64,000 nucleotides of DNA, taken from positions 23,328-87,327 of the forward strand of contig JAVWHP010000006.1 of NCBI GenBank assembly GCA_036639955.1, written 5' to 3'. The stretch comes from Erysipelotrichaceae bacterium. GTDB taxonomy: Bacteria > Bacillota_I > Bacilli_A > Erysipelotrichales > Erysipelotrichaceae. Shown here piece by piece: positions 56,235 through 64,000 of the stretch. Position 1 is the stretch's first letter, and each line of letters opens with the position of its first letter. The notes below the pieces were generated by a model. The model was not told the DNA's origin. It saw nothing but the letters and a program-made list of their open reading frames with translations, and made no database searches. The position numbers and the translations under genes are program-made.

Positions 56235-56262
56235 ATTATATCACAATAATCAGCACTGTCAA
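56235..56262 (-). promoter_or_regulatory. clpB SigA promoter
   Basis: The minus strand reads TTGACA (56257-56262), a 16-nt spacer ending in TGA, then TATAAT (56235-56240). Confidence 0.7.
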
Positions 56263-56276
56263 CAAGAGAGTGCTAA
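56250..56276. promoter_or_regulatory. CIRCE (HrcA operator), distal copy overlapping the -35
   Basis: TCAGCACTG-N9-GAGTGCTAA, matching 16/18 arm positions of the consensus. Confidence 0.65.
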
Positions 56277-56330
56277 TTATTGCATATAAATTAAGAGTAG
56301 TTATAAGCTACTCCATAATCATTATGCATT

Positions 56331-56825
56331 TTACAAATTTTTATTATACTTATTTATTAATTTTTCTTTTACATAATCTGAAACAAACTTTGTTACATCA
56401 GCATTATGTTGAGCTATTACTTTTACACTACTACTTGATAAGAATGAATAATTAGGTTTAGATAGTAAAAATAATGTTTCTATTTGATCATTCAACCACA
56501 TATTAGCAGTTGCAGTTTGTAGTTCATATTCATAGTCTTGCACTGCTCTTATTCCTCTTATTAATACTTGAGCTTCACATTTAGTTGCAAAATCTACACT
56601 TAATCCACTTCCAATACAGCAGTGTACATTATTAATATTCTTACAAGCATCTTTTATCATATCTAGTCGTTCTTCTTCATTGAATAAACAAGTTTTATCA
56701 GGATTATCCATTATTACCACTACTACTTCATCAAATAGTTTAGAACTACGTTCTATTATATCTAAATGACCTCTTGTAATTGGATCAAAAGTTCCTGGAT
56801 AAATTGCTTTTCTATTTTTATTCAT
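56331..56825 (-). CDS. coaD: Phosphopantetheine adenylyltransferase
   Basis: AIYPGTFDPITRGHLDII motif. The ATG at 56825 lies 8 nt after AAAGGA. Confidence 0.92.
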   Translation of the reverse strand: MNKNRKAIYPGTFDPITRGHLDIIERSSKLFDEVVVVIMDNPDKTCLFNEEERLDMIKDACKNINNVHCCIGSGLSVDFATKCEAQVLIRGIRAVQDYEYELQTATANMWLNDQIETLFLLSKPNYSFLSSSSVKVIAQHNADVTKFVSDYVKEKLINKYNKNL

Positions 56826-57381
56826 CTTCTTCATCCTTTCTATAATATGTTATTTTAGTAATACCATACTTCGATTCTTTTAATTTATATATATCGCTAT
56901 AATTATCACCAAAACTATCATTCTTTAAAGACTCTACAACAATATAACCATCAGTATTTAATAATTTATTGGTTGCAATAAATTCCATTATATAAGCTAT
57001 TTCTTGTTCTAAATAAGGAGGGTCTAAATATATGATATCAAACTTTAAATTATTATTTAAACAGTATTTAAGTGATGCTTTATAGTCTAACTTGAAAACA
57101 CTACATGTGTTTTCTTCGTGGAGGTTTGTTATATTAGAATTGATCATCTTTATAGCTTCACTATTATTATCAAAGAAATAGCAATGTTCTATACCTCGAG
57201 ATATTCCTTCTAAACCAATTGAACCACTACCAGCAAATAAGTCTAGCATGGTTCCCCCAGCAAAATATGGACCTATTTTCGAGAAGACAGCTTCTTTAAT
57301 TTTTGAAGCCGTCGGCCTTGTTGTATTAGATTCAATTGAATTAATTATTCTTGAACGATGTTTTCCTGCTACAATTTTCAT
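56818..57381 (-). CDS. rsmD: 16S rRNA (guanine966-N2)-methyltransferase RsmD (YlbH)
   Basis: RPTASKIKEAVFS, DLFAGSGSIGLE and DPPY motifs. Confidence 0.9.
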   Translation of the reverse strand: MKIVAGKHRSRIINSIESNTTRPTASKIKEAVFSKIGPYFAGGTMLDLFAGSGSIGLEGISRGIEHCYFFDNNSEAIKMINSNITNLHEENTCSVFKLDYKASLKYCLNNNLKFDIIYLDPPYLEQEIAYIMEFIATNKLLNTDGYIVVESLKNDSFGDNYSDIYKLKESKYGITKITYYRKDEEDE

Positions 57382-57420
57382 ATTTTTTTACTCCTTATGT
57401 ATAAACAATAATATGTTGGG

Positions 57421-57520
57421 AAAGATATAAATGCATCAACTAAGATGCAACCCCCAATCTTTGTTTCTCCTCTTCCCTTTCTTAAAGAGTCCCGCTCCCC
57501 CGGGGCTCTTTTTAATTTTG
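57421..57520 (+). ncRNA. Candidate C/U-rich small RNA ending in a strong terminator (alternative: minus-strand ylbH/rsmD leader)
   Basis: Layout: hairpin TGCATC-aacta(a)-GATGCA, then the single-stranded tract CCCCCAATCTTTGTTTCTCCTCTTCCCTTTC, then an 11-bp GC-rich hairpin with loop CTCCCC followed by TTTTTAATTTT. The hairpin has a G-U pair on the plus transcript but an A-C mismatch on the minus one. Confidence 0.35.
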
Positions 57521-58816
57521 TTTTAATTCCTTATTATCGGATAATGATGCAGTTTCAATAGTACTTGTACCTTTTCTAACTTGTGAAATAACATGCTGAC
57601 ATATTCCAATAGCTATCATTATAGATATTAATGAACTACCTCCTGAAGATAAGAATAATAATGGTACTCCAGTAAGTGGAATTAAACCAGTTACTCCTCC
57701 AACATTAAAGGCAAAGTGAATGAACATGTACATCGAGGTTCCTATTAGAATAATTTTATAACCCTCACTTCTTGTTTTAAAAGCAAAATAAAATAAACGT
57801 CCAATAATACATAAATAAGTACCAACAACTAATATAAAGCCTAGAATACCCGTTTCCTCAACAACAATAGCTAATATATAATCAGTCTGTGCCTCTGGTA
57901 AATAACCAAACTTTTGAACAGAACTACCAAAACCAGTACCTCTAACACCACCTCTAGCAAAAGCATACAAAGATTCAACTAATTGGTAACCCGTTAATCT
58001 AACATCAGAAAAAGGATTTAAAGCCGCGGTAAAACGCGCTTCTTGATAATTACTTAAAGGTAAAGACTGAACTATTTTAGGACCTACTGGAGAAAACAAC
58101 AACATAGCAGTCATACCTACAACCACAAAACTTATAGAAACAAAACGCTGATAACGCTTAAAACTTGGATGAGTAGGAATTAAAGAACAAATAGCACAAA
58201 TTAATGAAATAACCATTAATGTCCCCATATCAGGTTGAAGCATAATTAAGCCAGCAAAAATGATAAAAAACAAAACCGGTGTCTTAACAATATCAACCAA
58301 AGTAAAACTACGATTCTGATTAGCCTGAACAGCAACAGCCATTAAAACAATAAGAATAACCTTAACAAACTCACTCGGTTGAACTGTAACATTAAGATAA
58401 GGAATAACAATCCAAGATCTAGTACCAGCATCAGCATTATAAAAGAATAAACAAACTACTAATAAAATACCAATACCCATAGCAAATAAATTACTATACC
58501 GACTAGCACGACGCATAGAAAAATTATTAGCAAAAAATAATAAACCACTATAACCAACAACAATAAACACTATCTGCTTAAATACTGTTTTAAGAACTAC
58601 CATATTATTTGATAAAGTGCTACCAACACTAGTAGAAAAAATCATCATAGATCCAAATATAATTAATAGAATCATTGAGAAATGAATCGAACGATCATAG
58701 TTACGAGGTAATTTAAAAGTAAATTTAATTTTATTATTACGCTTAGATTTCTTTTTTACTTGATGTACATTATCACTTTGTTGCTCTATTACCTTCTTTT
58801 TAGTCATTTTACTCAT
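57512..58816 (-). CDS. FtsW/RodA/SpoVE (SEDS) family peptidoglycan glycosyltransferase
   Basis: Polytopic protein with SEDS motifs (QPSEFVK, PDMGT, LPEAQTDYI). The ATG at 58816 follows AAGGA. Confidence 0.88.
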   Translation of the reverse strand: MSKMTKKKVIEQQSDNVHQVKKKSKRNNKIKFTFKLPRNYDRSIHFSMILLIIFGSMMIFSTSVGSTLSNNMVVLKTVFKQIVFIVVGYSGLLFFANNFSMRRASRYSNLFAMGIGILLVVCLFFYNADAGTRSWIVIPYLNVTVQPSEFVKVILIVLMAVAVQANQNRSFTLVDIVKTPVLFFIIFAGLIMLQPDMGTLMVISLICAICSLIPTHPSFKRYQRFVSISFVVVGMTAMLLFSPVGPKIVQSLPLSNYQEARFTAALNPFSDVRLTGYQLVESLYAFARGGVRGTGFGSSVQKFGYLPEAQTDYILAIVVEETGILGFILVVGTYLCIIGRLFYFAFKTRSEGYKIILIGTSMYMFIHFAFNVGGVTGLIPLTGVPLLFLSSGGSSLISIMIAIGICQHVISQVRKGTSTIETASLSDNKELKQN

Positions 58817-58935
58817 CCCTTTCCTTTCTATTTTACACAATTTTAAGGTTTTTTGAAAGTTATAATATAAAATACTTTCATTTAATTTAAAATTTGTTAA
58901 AATAGTATAGTGTTAATTCAGAAAAGAGGTACGGG

Positions 58936-59493
58936 ATGTTAATAAATAACGATACAATAGTTAAAGATAATGAAAGCATTATTAGAAATAAATCTGAAGT
59001 GGTTTCATTGCCTATTAGCAAAGAGGATAGAAAAATTTTAATGGACATGTTAAATTATGTTAGAAGATCTAGAGATCCTGAAATAGCAGAAGCTGAAAAC
59101 TTAAGAGCAGCAGTTGGTATTTCAGCAGTTCAAATAGGAATTTTAAAACAACTTATCGCAATTGTTTTTGATGAAAGTGAAGATGAAGTAATAGAATTAG
59201 CTTTAGTTAATCCTAGGATAGTTTCTCACTCTGTTCAAAGTAGCTATTTAAAAACAGGTGAAGGTTGCTTATCAGTTTTAGATGAACATGTTGGTTACGT
59301 ACCAAGACATGCTAGAGTAACTATTAAAGCTTATGACTTATTACAGGAAAAAGAGATAACACTTAAAGCTAAGGGATACTTTTCTATAATTTTACAACAT
59401 GAAATAGATCATTTAACTGGTGGGTTATTTTATGATCATATTAATAGTGCAGATCCATGGAAAAAACTTAAGGATGCAATAGAAGTTGAATAA
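58936..59493 (+). CDS. def: Peptide deformylase
   Basis: GISAVQIG, EGCLS and HEIDHL motifs. Confidence 0.93.
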   Translation: MLINNDTIVKDNESIIRNKSEVVSLPISKEDRKILMDMLNYVRRSRDPEIAEAENLRAAVGISAVQIGILKQLIAIVFDESEDEVIELALVNPRIVSHSVQSSYLKTGEGCLSVLDEHVGYVPRHARVTIKAYDLLQEKEITLKAKGYFSIILQHEIDHLTGGLFYDHINSADPWKKLKDAIEVE

Positions 59494-59588
59494 TTAGGTA
59501 TAAATATGCATTTATGCTTTAATTATTCCGATAATATGGTATAATTAAACATAGTAAAAATATGGTGCAAATCATGAAAGGAGTTTTT

Positions 59589-61397
59589 ATGAATTATAGT
59601 GATAAAAATAAAGCGCCGAGAGTTATCCAAGGTAACAAAACCACATATAATAGAATGATTCCACGCAGAACAGATACACTTGTTTATGCGTTGGGAGGTC
59701 TAGGTGAAGTCGGTAAAAACATGTACTGTTTTGAACATGAAGATGAGATTCTTATTATCGACTCAGGTGTGCGTTTTCCAGAGGAAAATTTGCTCGGTGT
59801 TGACTATGTAATTCCAGATTATGGTTACCTAGTTAAAAATAAATTTAAGAAAAAAACATTAATTATAACACATGGACATGAAGATCATATAGGAGGTATA
59901 CCTTTCCTATTGAAAACAGTTCATATCGATGTTATTTATGCTTCACGTTTTGCTGTAGCATTAATTAATCGTAAACTTGAAGAAAGAAAAATGCTAAGAG
60001 GAGTTAAAATAGTAGAAGTTAATGAAGATAGTAAAGTGCTTACTAAGTACTTTACTTGTGGATTCTTTAATACTACACATTCAATTCCCGATTCATTAGG
60101 AGTAGTTATCAACACACCTAATGGAAGAATAGTACATACAGGAGATTTTAAATTTGATTTAACTCCAGTAGGAACTAACTCAGATTATCAAAAAATGGCT
60201 TTCCTTGGACAAGTTGGAGTTCACTTATTATTAAGTGATTCGACTAATGCAGAAGTTGAAGGCTTCTCTATATCAGAAAAGAAAGTAGCTACTGCTATCT
60301 TAGATGTAATGAGAAATACAGAAGGACGTTTAATCGTTGCTACATTTGCTAGTAATGTATATCGTGTTTCACAAATCTTAGAAGCAGCTGTTGCTTGTGG
60401 AAGAAAAGTTATTATATTCGGTCGTTCAATGGAAAACGTTGTAACAATCGGACGTAAGCTAGGTACTATTAAAGTAGGAGAACAACATTTTGTTACTCCA
60501 GACCAATTAAATGCAATACCAGCTAATAAACTTTGTATCGTATGTACAGGTTCTCAAGGAGAACCTCTAGCAGCTTTATCTAGAATTGCTAATGGAACTC
60601 ACCGTTATATTAAGCTTATGCCTAATGATACTGTTGTATTCTCAAGTAATCCAATCCCTGGTAATGGTGATAGTGTAAATCATGTATTAAATAAGTTATT
60701 TAGAGCAGGTGCCAATGTACTTACTAAATCTATATTAACTAACTTACATACAACAGGACATGCTTCTCAAGAAGAACAAAAACTTATGCTGCAGTTATTT
60801 AAGCCAGATTATTTTATGCCAATTCATGGTGAATATAAAATGCTTAAAATGCATGCTAAGTATGGAGAAGAAACTGGTGTAAAAAAAGAAAATATCTTCA
60901 CTTGTGCTAATGGTGATGTCTTAATTTTAAGAGATAACCATGTATATGAAACAAGTATTAGAGTGCCTGCTGATGATATTTATGTTGATGGAAACGATAT
61001 ATCTGGTGTTAGTACAGCAGTTCTTAAAGATCGTAAAATACTATCTGATAATGGACTAGTTGCTGTAATAGTATCAATTGATTCTCGTGTTAATAAAATT
61101 ATGTGTAAACCTGTAATAGTTTCTAGAGGTTTTGTATTCATTAAAGATTCTCAAACACTATTAAAGGAAGCAGAACAAGTTGTTTACAATGCTTTAAAAG
61201 ATAGAATGGCAACAAAAACTACATTTGGTGAAATTAAAAACACGATCAGAAGTTCATTAGAACCATTCTTATATAATAAAACACATCGTAACCCGATTGT
61301 TATCCCTGTAATCTTAAACTCTAAAGAGGCTATGCAACAAATGGCTAATCTAAGAGCACAAAGAGCTAACAATCCTCATTCTAATACACAACATTAA
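59589..61397 (+). CDS. rnj: Ribonuclease J (full length, canonical HGHEDH motif)
   Basis: LGGLGEVGKNMY, THGHEDHIGG, beta-CASP and C-terminal domains. The ATG at 59589 follows GAAAGGAG, and a TGgTATAAT extended -10 lies at 59538-59546. Confidence 0.92.
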   Translation: MNYSDKNKAPRVIQGNKTTYNRMIPRRTDTLVYALGGLGEVGKNMYCFEHEDEILIIDSGVRFPEENLLGVDYVIPDYGYLVKNKFKKKTLIITHGHEDHIGGIPFLLKTVHIDVIYASRFAVALINRKLEERKMLRGVKIVEVNEDSKVLTKYFTCGFFNTTHSIPDSLGVVINTPNGRIVHTGDFKFDLTPVGTNSDYQKMAFLGQVGVHLLLSDSTNAEVEGFSISEKKVATAILDVMRNTEGRLIVATFASNVYRVSQILEAAVACGRKVIIFGRSMENVVTIGRKLGTIKVGEQHFVTPDQLNAIPANKLCIVCTGSQGEPLAALSRIANGTHRYIKLMPNDTVVFSSNPIPGNGDSVNHVLNKLFRAGANVLTKSILTNLHTTGHASQEEQKLMLQLFKPDYFMPIHGEYKMLKMHAKYGEETGVKKENIFTCANGDVLILRDNHVYETSIRVPADDIYVDGNDISGVSTAVLKDRKILSDNGLVAVIVSIDSRVNKIMCKPVIVSRGFVFIKDSQTLLKEAEQVVYNALKDRMATKTTFGEIKNTIRSSLEPFLYNKTHRNPIVIPVILNSKEAMQQMANLRAQRANNPHSNTQH

Positions 61398-61398
61398 T

Positions 61399-61421
61399 AA
61401 AAGGGCATTTGCCCTTTTTTC
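61399..61421 (+). terminator. Terminator after rnj
   Basis: AAGGGC-attt-GCCCTT hairpin followed by TTTTTT. Confidence 0.8.
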
Positions 61422-61461
61422 ATATTCAGATTTATGTTAAAATATAATAAGGAGTGATAAG

Positions 61462-62316
61462 ATGAATCGTATATTAAAAATAATTTTAACTCTATTAGTA
61501 TTTGTTGCTATTATAGTAGGTATCTTATTTTATGGTATCTACATAAGTGTTGGTAAAGTTAGTATTCATTATGAAACTAGTGTATCTTCTAAGATATCAC
61601 CTGATATGAATAATGTTCAAATAGCATTTATTTCAGATATTAACTATAACAGTTTTATGAAAAAAGAACGTTTAGTTCCTATGCTTGAAAAACTTAATAA
61701 TGCTCATCCTGAAGTAGTTCTTTTTGGTGGAGATATGTTTGACCAGGTTGATTTGAGTATACCTGATGCTTCTATTCAAGAGGAATTAACTGCATTGCTT
61801 AAGTCAATTGAAGCTCCGCTTGGTAAATTTGCTGTCTTAGGTGAATCTGATATGACTAATCCTGAAATGAAGGAAACTGTTACTAGAATTTTAAAGAATG
61901 CTGATTTTGAATTAATTACTAATAATAATATTCAACTTCATAATGGTACTAAGGCTAGTATTAATCTTGTTGGTGTTGATTGTGCAGATGCTGGTTCTCC
62001 TGATATAGACGCTGCTTTTAAAAATATTAGTCCGGAAAACTTTACCTTAGTTTTCACGCATGCTCCTGATATTATTGATAGTTTTCCTATGAATGGAATT
62101 GACGTCGTATTAGCTGGACATACTCATGGTGGTCAAGTTAGAGTTCCCTTTTATACTGTTATAAATGATAAACCTTATGGCGAGAAATATAACTATGGTA
62201 AATATAATCTTAATTCTACAGAACTATTTGTTAGTAATGGTCTTGGTACTATCCAAGTAGATATGCGTTTATTTTCTCCACCTCAGATAGTAATTTATCG
62301 AATTGTTTCACAATAA
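61462..62316 (+). CDS. Membrane-anchored metallophosphoesterase (YkuE/YaeI-like)
   Basis: N-terminal TM segment and calcineurin-like motifs (ISDINY, GGDMFD, GHTHGGQ). Confidence 0.8.
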   Translation: MNRILKIILTLLVFVAIIVGILFYGIYISVGKVSIHYETSVSSKISPDMNNVQIAFISDINYNSFMKKERLVPMLEKLNNAHPEVVLFGGDMFDQVDLSIPDASIQEELTALLKSIEAPLGKFAVLGESDMTNPEMKETVTRILKNADFELITNNNIQLHNGTKASINLVGVDCADAGSPDIDAAFKNISPENFTLVFTHAPDIIDSFPMNGIDVVLAGHTHGGQVRVPFYTVINDKPYGEKYNYGKYNLNSTELFVSNGLGTIQVDMRLFSPPQIVIYRIVSQ

Positions 62317-62364
62317 TAAATTTAAAGATAAAAAAGTCCATAAATAAGGACTATATGCTAGTTT

Positions 62365-62390
62365 TTTGTTAGTTTAAATAAACTAACAAA
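62365..62390. repeat. Solo copy of the 26-nt palindromic repeat
   Basis: TTTGTTAGTTTAAATAAACTAACAAA folds as an 11-bp perfect stem with a 4-nt loop. It is 25/26 identical to 10156-10181 and has no adjacent U-run on either strand. Confidence 0.7.
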
Positions 62391-62398
62391 CATGATAT

Positions 62399-62430
62399 AA
62401 AAAAATAGATTCCTAATGGGAATCTATTTT
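62399..62430. terminator. Bidirectional terminator between the phosphoesterase and sirtuin genes
   Basis: ATAGATTCC-taatg-GGAATCTAT hairpin flanked by a 7-nt A-run and TTTT. Confidence 0.75.
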
Positions 62431-62435
62431 CTACT

Positions 62436-63176
62436 TTATATATCACTAGGTATAACTTCATCAAGAACATTAGCAATAGAATCGTGGATAACAATATCAG
62501 CACGTTCATCTAGTTTAGTTTCATCCTTATTAATTAGTACTAGTGTTTTACCTTTAAAATAGCGTAATAACCCAGCAGCTGGGTAAACTACTAAAGACGT
62601 TCCACCAATTATCAATACATCAGCCTTGCTTATGTATTCTACAGCACGATCAACAGTAGAATTGTCTAATATTTCTTCATATAAAACTACATCTGGTTTA
62701 ATAACACCTTTACAACGACGACAAGTAGGAACTTTTTTAGACTTCTTAAATTCTAGCATTTCCTCTAAAGTATACGACGTATTACAATCCTTACAGTAAT
62801 TACGCAATATGCTACCATGAAGTTCTAATACATTCTTACTACCAGCACTTTGATGAAGACCATCAATATTCTGTGTAATAACAGCCTTAAGTTTACCTTG
62901 CTTCTCTAACCTAGCTAATGCATAATGAGCACGATTAGGTAAAGCCTCAGGATAAACTAAATTATTAAAATAGAATTTATAAAAATCCTTAGTTTTCTTA
63001 TTAAAATAAGAAGCAGAAAGCATCATCTCAACAGGAGGTTTACCAAAACGTTTAATCTTGTTAATCCCCTGAGTGCTTCTGAAATCCGGTATATTACTCT
63101 CAGTAGAAATACCAGCACCGCCAAAAAAGACAATGTTATCATTTTCTTCAATGATCTTTTTAAGTTCCTCGTACAT
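62436..63176 (-). CDS. cobB: NAD-dependent protein deacylase (Sir2/CobB sirtuin)
   Basis: GAGISTESNIPDFRS, QNIDGLH and LELHGS motifs, plus Zn ribbon CKDC...CRRC; 246 aa. Confidence 0.88.
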   Translation of the reverse strand: MYEELKKIIEENDNIVFFGGAGISTESNIPDFRSTQGINKIKRFGKPPVEMMLSASYFNKKTKDFYKFYFNNLVYPEALPNRAHYALARLEKQGKLKAVITQNIDGLHQSAGSKNVLELHGSILRNYCKDCNTSYTLEEMLEFKKSKKVPTCRRCKGVIKPDVVLYEEILDNSTVDRAVEYISKADVLIIGGTSLVVYPAAGLLRYFKGKTLVLINKDETKLDERADIVIHDSIANVLDEVIPSDI

Positions 63177-63383
63177 CCTATCACTCTTTTCTTACCTTTT
63201 AATTTTACCATTTAATTAATTATTATTCTACCTCTTTTTTTAAATCTTTTTATATTTATAATAATTTTACTATATATTATGAAATATGAGCTGATTTTAC
63301 CTGAAATTAAGCCTTACTTTGCTTTACTTATAAATATATACATGTTATTATAAAACAATTAACCAAAAGAAATGAGGTAATCT

Positions 63384-64000
63384 ATGAAATTAATTTTTAA
63401 ATATTTAAAGAAATATAAGAAATGGGTCATAATAGATATTATTTCTGTATGTTCATTCGCTTTAGCTGAGCTTGGAATTCCAACGCTTGTTGCGAATATT
63501 GTTAATGTAGGAATTGCTAACAATGATACAGAATATATGTTTAGAATGGCCATTATTATGGTAATACTAGCGCTCTTAAGTACTGTAGGAATGATAGTGT
63601 TAGGATATGTTTCTTCATATATATCTACAAGTATTACTCGTGATATTAGAAATGATATGTTTATAAAAACGCAAAGTTTTTCACATGCTGAGTATGATAA
63701 ATTTGGCGTGTCATCTTTAATTACTAGAGTAGGAAACGATGCCTTCCAAGTTCAACAGTTTGTTAATGTACTATTAAGGACTGCTGTAATGGCACCATTT
63801 ATGTTTGTCTTATCAACATTCCTTATATTGAACACATCGCTACAGTTAGCTAGTGTTATAGCAATAACAATACCAATAATTATATTAGGTGTAATAGCTA
63901 TTGCTCACTTCAGTGAGCCAATTAGTAATGCTCAGCAAAAAGGAATGGACCGCTTAGTAAAAATATCACGAGAAAACATTACTGGGGTTCGTGTTATAAG
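63384..64000 (+). CDS. ABC exporter permease/ATPase, N-terminal part (runs off the right edge)
   Basis: Own translation from the ATG at 63384: MKLIFKYLKKYKKWVIIDIISVCSFALAELGIPTLVANIVNVGIANNDTEYMFRMAII... No stop codon before the window end. Paralogous to 4243-6474 but without the loop insertion. Confidence 0.8.
   Translation, partial: MKLIFKYLKKYKKWVIIDIISVCSFALAELGIPTLVANIVNVGIANNDTEYMFRMAIIMVILALLSTVGMIVLGYVSSYISTSITRDIRNDMFIKTQSFSHAEYDKFGVSSLITRVGNDAFQVQQFVNVLLRTAVMAPFMFVLSTFLILNTSLQLASVIAITIPIIILGVIAIAHFSEPISNAQQKGMDRLVKISRENITGVRVI

Noticed and set aside
57484-57511. GC-rich hairpin as a simple ftsW terminator
   Set aside because: Not fully rejected, but on the ftsW (minus) transcript the stem has an A-C mismatch and only a 3-nt U-run. 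On the plus strand it is a textbook terminator. It is therefore reported as an sRNA/leader candidate instead.
62436-63176. Sir2-domain protein as a possible anti-phage (Thoeris/DSR/SIR2-HerA type) effector
   Set aside because: At 246 aa it has the complete housekeeping sirtuin signature (GAGIS, QNID, HG, CxxC...CxxC zinc ribbon). It has no fused sensor domain and no partner gene, and its neighbours are core genes.
63359-63553. 64-aa minus-strand ORF at the right end
   Set aside because: It is antisense to the clearly coding N-terminus of the ABC exporter that starts at 63384.

Overview
AT-rich (roughly 30% GC by eye) chromosomal segment of a low-GC Firmicute. It looks Erysipelotrichia-like or Mollicutes-related but walled: FtsW and an LCP enzyme are present, and standard-code ORFs are full length. 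I found no transposase, integrase, phage, CRISPR, restriction-modification or toxin-antitoxin genes, so this reads as core genome rather than a mobile island. Contents left to right: RNase J paralog (partial), miaB, a small ferredoxin missing from the ORF track, a marR plus heterodimeric ABC exporter operon, lactate permease, AI-2E transporter, methylase, Fe-ADH. Next come a 7-tRNA operon, a complete 9-gene V/A-type ATPase operon, an RluA-family synthase and a tRNA Leu-Cys-Leu cluster. Then a PuuR-like regulator with potABCD, and an ECF sigma/anti-sigma module led by a secreted repeat protein. After that: LCP, thioredoxin, an amino-sugar/HAD phosphatase cluster (nagA, nagB, pfkB-family kinase, aldose epimerase, three Cof-type HADs), ybaK, a flavodiiron protein and a lysine-rich protein. 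A six-gene polyamine operon (speD, speA-type decarboxylase, speE, speB, CASDH, CASDC) follows, then clpB with two CIRCE operators, coaD-rsmD, ftsW, def, full-length RNase J, a metallophosphoesterase, a sirtuin and a second ABC exporter (partial). The most promising undescribed elements are regulatory. (1) An unclassified structured leader of about 310 nt plus an overlapping uORF ahead of the polyamine operon, which itself encodes two redundant spermidine routes. (2) An ECF module co-transcribed with a secreted PKRDGTG-repeat protein. (3) A tandem Ig-like-looking insertion inside the cytoplasmic PotA ATPase. (4) Two small-RNA candidates, one with a C-rich RsaE/RoxS-like layout. (5) A 26-nt palindromic repeat family seen at three places. 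All calls come from reading the sequence and from family knowledge recalled from memory; no database search was run.
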